Assembly (NCBI GenBank): GCA_045566995.1
Contig: JBJLDU010000009.1
Coordinates: 50,019-114,018, forward strand
Length of the DNA stretch: 64,000 nt
Source: Candidatus Pelagibacter sp.
Lineage (GTDB): Bacteria > Pseudomonadota > Alphaproteobacteria > Pelagibacterales > Pelagibacteraceae
Reading direction: 5' to 3'
The notes under the pieces are model-generated. The model made no database searches. It saw nothing but the letters and a program-made list of their open reading frames with translations, and was not told where the DNA came from. Shown here in pieces: positions 8,722 through 18,132 of this stretch (positions are counted from its first letter, which is position 1; each line of letters opens with the position of its first letter). The position numbers and the translations under genes are program-made.

Positions 8722-9555
8722 TTATTGTGGGTGGTCACCTTCAATAGCAATTCTATCCATTACTCTTTCATATCCTAATCCTCTACCTGGATAAAAATCT
8801 GCAATTGCAAAGTGAATAACACTTCTATTATCCCATATACAGACTGTATTTTCAGTCCAGCTAAATCTACAGGTTAATTCAAGTCGTGCTTGGTGTTCAA
8901 ATATTTTTTTTAAAATTTCGTCGCTTTCTTCTTGTTCAAGTCCAATTATTTTTTTTGTGTATGTCCAATTGACAAATAGAATTTTTTTTCCAGTCTCAGG
9001 ATGTGTTCTTACTATTGGATGTTCATTAGAATATTCATCAAAATTTCTTTTTTCATTTCCCTCCATTTTTTTATATTTTTCAATAAAAAATTCTGCGCCA
9101 AGAGAACTATGGATTGCTTTTTTATCTTTTATCTTCTCTTTTATATCTTCATCTAATGTTTCCCATGCAAGCTCCATGTTTGCAAAGCATGTATCACCAC
9201 CAACAGGAGGAATTTTAATTGATTTTAATATTACTGCTTTCGTTGGTTTTTCATTGTAACTAACATCACTATGCCAATTCTCACCCCATTGGTTTTTTTC
9301 GTCTTCTGCTTTAATTATTCTTACTATTTCGGGATGTTTACTTAATCCTTTTACATATGCATGTGTTTCTAATGGTCCAAATTTTTCAGCTAAGGCTATA
9401 TGTTGCTCAGCATTAATTTTTTGGTCTCTAAAGAAAATAACTTTGTGTTCTAATAATAAATTATTAATTTCCTTGATGTTTTGATCAGATGTATCTTTAA
9501 GATCTATCCCTGTTATTTCTGCACCTAGTGCTCCTGACAAAAGTTTAATTTCCAT
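8722..9555 (-). CDS. TauD/TfdA family Fe(II)/2OG dioxygenase (sulfonate/alkyl-sulfate type)
   Basis: LGAEITGIDL, WHSDVSY (HxD), GGDT, HPIVRTHPETG, WDNRSVIH. Confidence 0.88.
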   Translation of the reverse strand: MEIKLLSGALGAEITGIDLKDTSDQNIKEINNLLLEHKVIFFRDQKINAEQHIALAEKFGPLETHAYVKGLSKHPEIVRIIKAEDEKNQWGENWHSDVSYNEKPTKAVILKSIKIPPVGGDTCFANMELAWETLDEDIKEKIKDKKAIHSSLGAEFFIEKYKKMEGNEKRNFDEYSNEHPIVRTHPETGKKILFVNWTYTKKIIGLEQEESDEILKKIFEHQARLELTCRFSWTENTVCIWDNRSVIHFAIADFYPGRGLGYERVMDRIAIEGDHPQ

Positions 9556-9558
9556 AAC

Positions 9559-10026
9559 TTATTTTTTTAGCTTACCAGAAAACACTAAATTTTCTGAGTT
9601 AAAAGAAACCTTATTTTTATTTATAAAGTCATCCATTATTTGGATTTTATCTTGTTCAAATTCTGTGACCTTTCTTTTATCCAGATCAATATAAAGCGAC
9701 AGGCTTTCAATAGTTGCAGCGAGTTTATTTGACTGCTTTTCATACATTTCGCATTTTAAATGTAATCTTTTTTTATCATGATCAAAGAAGGTGCAATAAA
9801 CATCTACTTCATCATTTTCTTTCACTTCATTGTCATAGGTAGTTCTTGTATCTACAACCATAGTACTTCTTTTATTAATTTGTGCATTTGAACCACCCAT
9901 ATGAAACTTATTAAGCATTGTTTCCCATGCTTGATCAAAAATTAGAACATAGTATGCCATATTCATATGTTCATTGTAGTCTGTCCATTCCTTAATAACT
10001 TTTCTAGTGGCAAGATGAAATGACAT
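9559..10026 (-). CDS. Hot-dog thioesterase (CdhB/betainyl-CoA thioesterase-like)
   Basis: EWTDYNEHMNMAYY motif as in carnitine-dehydrogenase-associated thioesterases; near cdhC/cdhA. Confidence 0.75.
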   Translation of the reverse strand: MSFHLATRKVIKEWTDYNEHMNMAYYVLIFDQAWETMLNKFHMGGSNAQINKRSTMVVDTRTTYDNEVKENDEVDVYCTFFDHDKKRLHLKCEMYEKQSNKLAATIESLSLYIDLDKRKVTEFEQDKIQIMDDFINKNKVSFNSENLVFSGKLKK

Positions 10027-10034
10027 AATTTAAT

Positions 10035-10895
10035 TTAAACTTTATTTATTTTATCTGCTATCAATATTTTCCTTTTCATTTCTCGAAGGACAGGTTTTTC
10101 TATAAGTTTACCGTCTATGACTACTAGACCTGTATTTGAATTATTAAATTCTTCTAAAATTTTTTTAGCCTTGATAATTTCATCTTGAGGTGGTGTAAAT
10201 ACTTCATTTAAAATTTTAATTTGTTTTGGATGAATAGAACCTTTTCCAGTAAAGCCTAAGTTTCTTACTTGTTCAGCCTCTTTCCTCATTCCTTCCATAT
10301 TCTCTAAGTCTAAATAAGGTACATCTATTACATCTACACCAACACTTGCACCTGCATGAACTAATTTAGATCTCGCATGGACAAGATTTTCCCATTTATT
10401 TTCAACTCTAAGCTCAGCTGCCATATCAACTCCACCAAAATATAGAGCAACTATTCTTTTACTGGCATGAGCAATATTATAAATATTTTCTAAAGCCTCA
10501 TTTGTTTCCATTATTACATGAAGATCCGTATCTAAATTACAGTCTGTTAAAAGGTCATCTATAAACGTTATTTCATCTGGAGTTTTAACCTTTGGTAACA
10601 TGATAGCCTTTAGATTTATTTTGCTAGATATGAAAGCTTCTAAATCTAAAAGACCAAACTTTGTTCTTTGATTATTTAATCTGACAACTAACTCTACATC
10701 ATTTTTTACTTCGAGAGTTTTTAGAGCCTCTATAGTATTTTTTCTAGCTTCTGCTTTATCATTGATTGCTATCCCATCCTCTAATTCAATACAAACCATG
10801 TCTGCACCTGATGCAATTGCTTTAGGAAACATTTCTGGATGAAGTCCAGGTGTAAAAATAAAACTTCGTCTTACTTTTAATTTGTTCAAGTCCAT
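10035..10895 (-). CDS. CitE/HpcH-HpaI family acyl-CoA lyase
   Basis: RRSFIFTPG, ELEDG, MLPKV, GFTGKGSIHPKQI, DGKLIEKP motifs. Confidence 0.85.
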   Translation of the reverse strand: MDLNKLKVRRSFIFTPGLHPEMFPKAIASGADMVCIELEDGIAINDKAEARKNTIEALKTLEVKNDVELVVRLNNQRTKFGLLDLEAFISSKINLKAIMLPKVKTPDEITFIDDLLTDCNLDTDLHVIMETNEALENIYNIAHASKRIVALYFGGVDMAAELRVENKWENLVHARSKLVHAGASVGVDVIDVPYLDLENMEGMRKEAEQVRNLGFTGKGSIHPKQIKILNEVFTPPQDEIIKAKKILEEFNNSNTGLVVIDGKLIEKPVLREMKRKILIADKINKV

Positions 10896-11627
10896 TTAAT
10901 TTTTGTAATCAGGTTCTTCTTTATCTAAAATTAATCTTATTTGAGATAGGAATAGATTTGCAAAATCAGTTGGAAAGTTTGCATGTTCTTCTGCAGTTTT
11001 CTCTGCAACTTCATGGCTGACCACATTAAGTTCTTGGTTTGTTGAAAGAGCTGTAAGATATGTTTGTGCCGCTCTTTCAAAATAATAAAGGGAATTAAAA
11101 CCTTCAGCCACAGTTTCTCCTGTTGTTAAAATTCCATGATTTGCGAGTAACATGTGCTGTTTATTCCCAAGAGAATTCGCCATTTTAATGGATTCGTCCT
11201 CAAGTCCTAAACCTCCAAATTCATTGTATGTAGATACTCTATTATAAAACATCATCGTATTTTGATCGATTGGTTTCAAGACTGGGTCTTTTAGCGTAGA
11301 AAGAGCAGTTGCATATTTAGAATGGACATGAAAAATACATCTTGCGTGTGGAGCTTTTTCATGAATTGCACCATGGATATACAAAGCTGTTGGATCAATA
11401 ACGTCTGGCTTATTCTTCAACTCATCTTTATTTTCTTTAGTTACTAAGATCAAATCACTAGCCTTCATTCTACTAAAATGAATACCTGCTTTATTGCAGT
11501 AAAAATCAGATGTACCAGGTATGCATGCACTAAAATGGTTTGCAACTCCCTCATGCATATTAAGTCTAGCCGTCCATCTAAAAGTTGCAGCTAAATCCTT
11601 CTGTAATTCTGATATTTCCATTTGCAT
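10896..11627 (-). CDS. Class II aldolase/adducin family protein
   Basis: EGVANHFS, IHGAIH, HVHS metal motif, LANHG. Confidence 0.85.
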   Translation of the reverse strand: MQMEISELQKDLAATFRWTARLNMHEGVANHFSACIPGTSDFYCNKAGIHFSRMKASDLILVTKENKDELKNKPDVIDPTALYIHGAIHEKAPHARCIFHVHSKYATALSTLKDPVLKPIDQNTMMFYNRVSTYNEFGGLGLEDESIKMANSLGNKQHMLLANHGILTTGETVAEGFNSLYYFERAAQTYLTALSTNQELNVVSHEVAEKTAEEHANFPTDFANLFLSQIRLILDKEEPDYKN

Positions 11628-11656
11628 GATTTTAAAATATAGTTGAAAAATAAATT

Positions 11657-12544
11657 ATGAACAACAACGTTTTTGTATCATGTGCTGTAACAGGGTCAGG
11701 AGATACTGCAAGCAAACACCCTGACTTACCTAAAACACCAGAACAAATCGCTAAATCAGCAATAGAGGCAGCAAAAGCTGGAGCAGCAATTGCACATATT
11801 CATGTAAGAGAAGAGGATGGAACACCAAGTAGAAGGCTAGAATTATATAAAGAAGTAGTTGATAGAATTAGATCAAGTGAAACCGATGTAATTTTAAATT
11901 TAACAACAGGGATGGGTGGTGATTTAGATATTGGACAAGGAAAAAATCCTCTAGATTTTGGCCCTATGACCGACATGGCAAATGTTATGGAAAGAATAGC
12001 TAATGCAGAACAATTCTTGCCAGAAATCTGCACATTAGATGCTGGAACATTAAACTTTGGTGATGGTTCAGTTATTACAGTTAATACTCCTAATGATTTA
12101 AGAAAAGCTGCAAAAAAGTTGCAGGAAATTAAAGTTAAACCAGAGATAGAGGCATTCGATTTAGGAAATATGTGGTTCGGCTCTCAATTATACAAAGAGG
12201 GTTTGCTAGATGATCCTCCAATGTTCCAAATGTGTTTAGGTATTCCTTGGGGAGCCCCAGCTACTCCTTTAGCGATGCAAGCTATGAAAGATATAATGCC
12301 AGAACAAGGGGTTTGGTCAGGTTTTGCTATATCAAAAAATGAAATGCCTTTTGTGGCACAAACAGTTGTTATGGGTGGAAACCCAAGAGTTGGTTTAGAA
12401 GATAATTTGTATATATCAAAAGGTAAACTTGCAACCAATGCTCAGTTAGTTGAAAAAGCGATTAGAATTGTAACTGATCTTGGAGCATCAATAATGACTG
12501 CAGAAGAAACAAGGAAAAAACTAAAGCTTGTTAAACACAAGTAA
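11657..12544 (+). CDS. cdhC: Beta-keto acid cleavage enzyme (BKACE/DUF849), 3-dehydrocarnitine cleavage type
   Basis: CAVTG, AGAAIAHIHVR (HxH Zn motif), PEICTLD.GTLNF, RVGLEDN; directly upstream of carnitine dehydrogenase. Confidence 0.8.
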   Translation: MNNNVFVSCAVTGSGDTASKHPDLPKTPEQIAKSAIEAAKAGAAIAHIHVREEDGTPSRRLELYKEVVDRIRSSETDVILNLTTGMGGDLDIGQGKNPLDFGPMTDMANVMERIANAEQFLPEICTLDAGTLNFGDGSVITVNTPNDLRKAAKKLQEIKVKPEIEAFDLGNMWFGSQLYKEGLLDDPPMFQMCLGIPWGAPATPLAMQAMKDIMPEQGVWSGFAISKNEMPFVAQTVVMGGNPRVGLEDNLYISKGKLATNAQLVEKAIRIVTDLGASIMTAEETRKKLKLVKHK

Positions 12545-13488
12545 TGTCCAGAATAAAAAAAGTTGCAGTAATTGGAACAGGTGTAATTGGAGTAGGGTGG
12601 ACAATAAGACTTTTGGCTCACAACATAAAAGTTTTAGCATACGATAAAAATTTAATTCAAAGAAATAATTTAATCCAAGAAATAAAAAGAGCCATACCAT
12701 TTGTAAAAAAATTATTTAATAAAAAAAAAATAAATTTAAATAATTTAAAATTTTTTTCTTCATTAGAGAGTGCTGTTAAAGATGCAGACCTAATTCAAGA
12801 ATGTGCTCCTGAAAACTATAAACTTAAAACTCAATTAATAAGTAAAATTTCAAATAATTGTAAACCTGAGGTCTTGATATCTTCTAGCTCGTCTGGATTA
12901 TTGCCCTCAAGAATTTTTTCAAAATGTAAAAATAATGAAAGGGGTATCATTGCCCATCCATTTAATCCTGTTTATTTACTACCTTTAGTTGAAATAGTCC
13001 CAGGAAAAAAAACTAGTTCTAAATCATTAAATGAGGCAAATAAATTTTATAAATCGATCTCAATGAACCCAATTATACTTAAAAAGGAGCTACCAGGCTA
13101 TCTATCTGATAGACTTCAAGAAGCTTTGTGGAGAGAAGCACTTCATATTATAAATGATGGGTATGCCTCAACAGAGGATTTAGATAGAGCTATTGAGGAC
13201 GGTCCAGGCTTAAGATACTCATTAATGGGAACATTTTTAACTTTTCATTTAGCAGGAGGAAAAGCCGGAATGAAACATATGCTTGAACAATTTGGGCCTG
13301 CATTAAAACTCCCTTGGACTAAGCTTAAAGCGCCAAAGTTGTCAAAAAAGCTCTCAGAAAGATTGATTTCTGGTACAAAAAAGCAAGCAAAAGGAAAATC
13401 AATCAATCAATTGTCAAATATAAGAGATGAGTATTTAGTTGAACTTCAAAATCTTAGAAAAAAATATGAAAATAAAATTAGAAAATAG
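12544..13488 (+). CDS. cdhA: L-carnitine 3-dehydrogenase
   Basis: GTGVIGVGW, QECAPE, SSSSGLLPS, HPFNPVYLLPLVE, DRLQEALWREALH, GGKAGMKHMLEQFGPALKLPWTKL; no fused thioesterase domain. Confidence 0.88.
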   Translation: MSRIKKVAVIGTGVIGVGWTIRLLAHNIKVLAYDKNLIQRNNLIQEIKRAIPFVKKLFNKKKINLNNLKFFSSLESAVKDADLIQECAPENYKLKTQLISKISNNCKPEVLISSSSSGLLPSRIFSKCKNNERGIIAHPFNPVYLLPLVEIVPGKKTSSKSLNEANKFYKSISMNPIILKKELPGYLSDRLQEALWREALHIINDGYASTEDLDRAIEDGPGLRYSLMGTFLTFHLAGGKAGMKHMLEQFGPALKLPWTKLKAPKLSKKLSERLISGTKKQAKGKSINQLSNIRDEYLVELQNLRKKYENKIRK

Positions 13489-13524
13489 ATATCTAAAGAA
13501 AACTTAAAATGGTAATTTAGTTAC

Positions 13525-14559
13525 ATGGATTTTAATCATTTTTTAACAAGTTACATGCCAGACACAAGCATGGGTTCAAGGCAGCATTTTAAAAATATGC
13601 TTGAAGAATGTGTAACTGCTGAAAAAATTGGTTATGCAACTGTATCAATACCAGAGCATCATTTAATAAATTTACTGATGATGCCATCACCATTACAGAT
13701 GGCTGTAAAAATTGCATCAGTTACAAAAAATATTAAAATAACAACAGGTATTGTTGTTTTACCTCTACACGACATGAGAACATATGCTGGTGAAGTAGCT
13801 ACTGCTGATATTTTAACTGATGGAAGATTAATCTTAGGTGTAGGAAGAGGAGCATTTCCATGGGAAATGAAAAGACTAGGTACCCCAATAGAACAATCAA
13901 AAGAAAAATTTGTAGAATCTTTAGAGGTTCTACAATTGTTATTAAAAAATAAAGAAGTTTCGTATAAAGGCAAATACTATGACTTCGAGCCATTAACTAT
14001 AATGCCTCGACCCATAAGCAATCCAATACCAATGATGGTTGCCGCAATGAATTTAGAAAGTATAAAAGATGCAGCTTCAAGAGGATTTCACGTTCAATCA
14101 ACAGTATTATCAGGAACAAAAGATCTTTTATTAAGTAGAGTTAATGCATTTAAAGAAGGTTGCGCTCAGTTAGGTGAAAATGGCAAGTTACTCAAACTTT
14201 CAATGCAAAGAATGGCTTATCTAGCAAAAGATGAAAATGAAGCTAAAGAAAAAACAAAACTTGCTTACGAATATTATAAAAGATTTGATAATATGTTTAC
14301 AGGACCAGGAAAAGTAAAAGAGGGAAATATTGAAGCTTTGCCAAGAAAACAAACTTTAGAAGAATTAAAAGAAAATCTTTTAATTTGTCCTTTAAATGAA
14401 ATGATCGATAAACTTAGCGTTTATGCTGAAGCAGGAGTTGATGAGGTAATTCTTAGTTCAAGTTTTGGACAATCACAAGAAGACCTAATAGAGTCAATGT
14501 ATAGAATTGGTGAAAACGTAATCCCATATTTCAAAAAATCTAATATACAAGTAGCTTAA
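13525..14559 (+). CDS. LLM class flavin-dependent monooxygenase, TgnB-related
   Basis: PEHH, AGEVATADILTDGRLILGVGRGAF and GFHVQST motifs resemble trigonelline monooxygenase TgnB as recalled. Confidence 0.85.
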   Translation: MDFNHFLTSYMPDTSMGSRQHFKNMLEECVTAEKIGYATVSIPEHHLINLLMMPSPLQMAVKIASVTKNIKITTGIVVLPLHDMRTYAGEVATADILTDGRLILGVGRGAFPWEMKRLGTPIEQSKEKFVESLEVLQLLLKNKEVSYKGKYYDFEPLTIMPRPISNPIPMMVAAMNLESIKDAASRGFHVQSTVLSGTKDLLLSRVNAFKEGCAQLGENGKLLKLSMQRMAYLAKDENEAKEKTKLAYEYYKRFDNMFTGPGKVKEGNIEALPRKQTLEELKENLLICPLNEMIDKLSVYAEAGVDEVILSSSFGQSQEDLIESMYRIGENVIPYFKKSNIQVA

Positions 14560-14565
14560 ATATCT

Positions 14566-15336
14566 ATGAGTATCATAGATTGTAATTACTCAGTTACAGG
14601 ATCAGGACCTGCAATATTTTTAACTCATGGAGTTGGAGGTGCAGAAGATGCATGGAGATTTATTACTCCAAAACTTAAAAGCATGTTTACAGTTGTGACA
14701 TATGATTTAAGAGGTCACGGAAAATCACCTGTAGATAATAAAGATTTTAATTTAGATGATCTTGTATTAGATCTTGAAAGAGTAAGAGAAAAGACAAACA
14801 TCCAAAAAGCCCATTTTATGGGACATTCTTTAGGGGGCATGATTGCCCCTGCTTATGCTAAAAAGTTTCCTGAAAGAGTTTTGTCAGTAGGCCTATTATC
14901 AACAGTTGCAGGAAGATCTGATGAAGATAAACAAAAAGTATGGAATGTCATTTCAGATCTAAAAAATAGGGGCGTTGAACAAACATTAAAAAATCTTACT
15001 AGCAGATGGTTTACAGACGATTTTATTGAAAAAAATCCGGACCTAGTATCTAGACGATTAAAACAGGTAATAGATACTGATAAAGATGTGTTTATAAATG
15101 TTTTTAAAATTTATGCAGAAACTGAGATGATCTCATGGTTAAAAGATATAAATAAACCCTGTCTATTTATGACAGGAGAAAATGATGGTGGATGCACTCC
15201 TTTTCATAACAAAAAAATGTCAAATGAGATAAAAGATTCTAAATTAGTTATTATACCAGATGTTAAACACTCTTTTTTGATAGAGGCTCCTGAGCAAATT
15301 GCAAATAACTTAATAGAATTTATTGAAAATATTTAA
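14566..15336 (+). CDS. Alpha/beta hydrolase (TgnD/enol-lactonase-like)
   Basis: HGVGG, YDLRGHG, GHSLGG nucleophile elbow, GENDGGCTP, KHS. Confidence 0.85.
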   Translation: MSIIDCNYSVTGSGPAIFLTHGVGGAEDAWRFITPKLKSMFTVVTYDLRGHGKSPVDNKDFNLDDLVLDLERVREKTNIQKAHFMGHSLGGMIAPAYAKKFPERVLSVGLLSTVAGRSDEDKQKVWNVISDLKNRGVEQTLKNLTSRWFTDDFIEKNPDLVSRRLKQVIDTDKDVFINVFKIYAETEMISWLKDINKPCLFMTGENDGGCTPFHNKKMSNEIKDSKLVIIPDVKHSFLIEAPEQIANNLIEFIENI

Positions 15337-15340
15337 ATCT

Positions 15341-16126
15341 CTAATGCATTCTTAAAGTGTTACCATCAACACCAACTACTTGACCAGAAATCCTAGAAGA
15401 CTCGTCAGAAATTAAATAGCAACACATTTTACCAATATCTTTCTCGTAAACCCAAGTATTAAGAGAAGTCATAGAAACAAATTCACTCTCCACTGCTTTT
15501 TTTGAAATTTTTAAAAATTTAGCTTTGTCTCTAATAACTCTTCCCATTCTATCTCCTTTTACAGTTCCTGGACAAATTGCGTTTACTCTAATTTTAAACT
15601 TTCCTAATTCCATTGCTAAAGTTTTTGTCATTCCAACTACCGCCCATTTACTTGCTGAGTAAGGAGACCTTAATGGAAATCCAAATATACCTGCTGTAGA
15701 GGATAAATTAACTATTGAGCCACCTTTATTTTTTTTTAACATTGGGATTGCTAATTTTGAAAAAATAAAATGACTAATTACATTTATCTTTAAAGTTTGT
15801 TCCCAATCTTTTGTTTTAAGTTTGTCCATAGTTCCTGTTGGGCCTGCAACCCCAACATTATTAATTAGTGCATCAATCTTTTGTGTTTTTTTTTTAATTT
15901 CTTTAAAGAAGTCTATAACATCGTTTTCATTTGAGGCATCGCAATGAAAAGAAAACAATCTTTTATTATTTAAAGGATTTTTTTTTAATTTATTTATAGA
16001 TTTTTTATCAACGTCACAAACGAATACCCTTGCACCTTTTTCAAGACACTCTTTTGCCGTTGCCCATCCAATACCTGATGCCCCAGCTGATATAATAATT
16101 TTTTTGTTTTTGAAATTGTATGACAT
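15341..16126 (-). CDS. Short-chain dehydrogenase/reductase
   Basis: SAGASGIG, NNVGVAGP, catalytic YSASK, RVNAICPG. Confidence 0.88.
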   Translation of the reverse strand: MSYNFKNKKIIISAGASGIGWATAKECLEKGARVFVCDVDKKSINKLKKNPLNNKRLFSFHCDASNENDVIDFFKEIKKKTQKIDALINNVGVAGPTGTMDKLKTKDWEQTLKINVISHFIFSKLAIPMLKKNKGGSIVNLSSTAGIFGFPLRSPYSASKWAVVGMTKTLAMELGKFKIRVNAICPGTVKGDRMGRVIRDKAKFLKISKKAVESEFVSMTSLNTWVYEKDIGKMCCYLISDESSRISGQVVGVDGNTLRMH

Positions 16127-16977
16127 TAATCTGTTAATCCATCGGATCTAACTTTATTTCTTTCTAAATGTATGGGCAATACTTTTCCGTAAATTGCTTT
16201 TGAGTGTTCAGGTGTGTTTACTCTCCATGGATCCAATACATAGGCAGGTATACACATAAATCGCGATGTTTTTCCTATAACTTTAGTTACTCTATGCATA
16301 GTAAATCTACCTTTAAATATTTGTAAATCACCAGGTTCTAGCTCAAGTCTTTTTACTCTTGATCGATCTCCATCAAGTACTTTCTTCACCTCATCAAATT
16401 TTTCGTTACCTGGTTCTCTTATGTTAGGGCAATATTCAAATATTCCTCCTTTTTCAGGTTTCTGAATCATTAAACTCAAAGTAAATTCACAACTATCAAA
16501 ATGCCAAGGCAATATTCCATTAGGTTCCATAACATTATATGCATGACAGGCTAAAGGATCAGCCCATCTATATATAGGTGCAATACCTAAGCATGCAGAT
16601 ACAAATTTTAATAATTCCTCAGTTTCATAAAGAAATTTCATCTCCGAATTTTTTGCAAAACAATCAGAATTTAAATATCCATTAAATCTATCCATAAATA
16701 TTCTTTTTGGGTGATCTTTGGGAAGAGCAGGATCGTCTTTTGCATAAAGATATGCGTTTATACTTTCCTTAGACATATAAACTTCATTAAGCTGTTGCTC
16801 TAATTCTTTTTTCATTACATTTAAAGAATTTGGTAAAATAAAATTAGGAATTACCGAACAACTATCGCTATCTAATTCAGTTTTACATTTTTCAATTATT
16901 TTCTTGATCTTTGGTGATTGTAAATCATGAATTGGATATTTAACTAAATCAACGATGTTACTTAAACTTTTTTTCAT
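16126..16977 (-). CDS. Fe(II)/2OG oxygenase, HalD/BesD-like family, hydroxylase-type (HxD)
   Basis: LPWHFDSCEF, GGIFEYCPNIR, PGDLQIFKGRFTMHRVT and distal Arg; about 280 aa. Confidence 0.7.
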   Translation of the reverse strand: MKKSLSNIVDLVKYPIHDLQSPKIKKIIEKCKTELDSDSCSVIPNFILPNSLNVMKKELEQQLNEVYMSKESINAYLYAKDDPALPKDHPKRIFMDRFNGYLNSDCFAKNSEMKFLYETEELLKFVSACLGIAPIYRWADPLACHAYNVMEPNGILPWHFDSCEFTLSLMIQKPEKGGIFEYCPNIREPGNEKFDEVKKVLDGDRSRVKRLELEPGDLQIFKGRFTMHRVTKVIGKTSRFMCIPAYVLDPWRVNTPEHSKAIYGKVLPIHLERNKVRSDGLTD

Positions 16978-16992
16978 AACTATTTAATCTAA

Positions 16993-18018
16993 TTATGAGT
17001 TTGAAAGTGATTCTTGCAATTCTTTATTAGAAATATAGCCTTTAGCATTTCCTTGTTTATCAACTACTTCACAATTAGAGTTACTACAAACAACTTGAGG
17101 TAGAAATTCCTCTATAAATTGATCTTCTTCTACTTTTATCAAGTTTGATTTGTCAATATCATCTGATTGATTTACTGGTTTCATGATAATCTTTGCTTTA
17201 ATAACCTTAGTTCTATTTACGTCTTTAACAAATGCCTCAACGTATTCATCAGCAGGGTTCATTATAATTTCTACAGGTGTTCCAACTTGAACTAGTTTTC
17301 CTGCATTCAAAATTCCAATATGATCTCCTAACCTTAATGACTCATCAAGATCATGAGTAATAAATACTATTGTTTTTTTTAATTCTGATTGGAGGTCTAT
17401 TAGTTGTTTTTGCATATCACTTCTAATTAAAGGATCTAATGCAGAAAAAGCTTCATCCATTAACATAATATCTGTGTCAGTAGCCAGAGCTCTTGCAAGA
17501 CCTACTCGCTGTTGCATACCTCCAGAAAGTTGTGCAGGATATTGATTTTCAAATCCAGTCAATCCGACAGACTCAATTTTTTCCATTGCAACAGAATTTC
17601 TTTTTTCAATCTCCATACCTTGCATCTCGAGTCCATACCCAACATTTTGTAAAACTGTTTTGTGTGGGAATAGTCCAAATCGTTGAAATACCATACTCAT
17701 TTTCTGTCGTCTAAATTCAATTAATTGTTCTTTGTTTAGAGTGGTAACATCTTTGCCTTCTACTAAAATTTCTCCAGAGGTTGGGTCTATTAATCTATTT
17801 AAATGTCTAATTAGTGTTGATTTTCCTGATCCAGACAAACCCATGCAAACAAATGTTTCTCCTTCTTCAATTTTTAAGGATACATTATCTAATCCAACTG
17901 TATGTCCAGTTTTTTCTAGAACATCTTCTTTTGTAGCTCCTTCTTGCACCATTTTAAGAACGCTATCAGGTTTTGGTCCAAAAATTTTGTATACGTTATT
18001 GATTTCGATTTTAGACAT
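16993..18018 (-). CDS. Quaternary-amine (ProV/OpuAA-type) ABC transporter ATP-binding protein
   Basis: [37 protein letters not shown]. Confidence 0.92.
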   Translation of the reverse strand: MSKIEINNVYKIFGPKPDSVLKMVQEGATKEDVLEKTGHTVGLDNVSLKIEEGETFVCMGLSGSGKSTLIRHLNRLIDPTSGEILVEGKDVTTLNKEQLIEFRRQKMSMVFQRFGLFPHKTVLQNVGYGLEMQGMEIEKRNSVAMEKIESVGLTGFENQYPAQLSGGMQQRVGLARALATDTDIMLMDEAFSALDPLIRSDMQKQLIDLQSELKKTIVFITHDLDESLRLGDHIGILNAGKLVQVGTPVEIIMNPADEYVEAFVKDVNRTKVIKAKIIMKPVNQSDDIDKSNLIKVEEDQFIEEFLPQVVCSNSNCEVVDKQGNAKGYISNKELQESLSNS

Positions 18019-18132
18019 TTATTTCAAGTTTAGTTCTTTTAGTACATCAAAGCAAATCAACAATAAAATAACTTTATTTGATTCAACTATTAATTGAATT
18101 GAAATTTTTTTGGTTTTATATAATAATTTATT

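Noticed and set aside
16126-16977. Radical halogenase (BesD-type) interpretation
   Set aside because: The iron motif is HFD (Asp present), not HxG/A, so there is no open site for chloride; hydroxylase is more likely.
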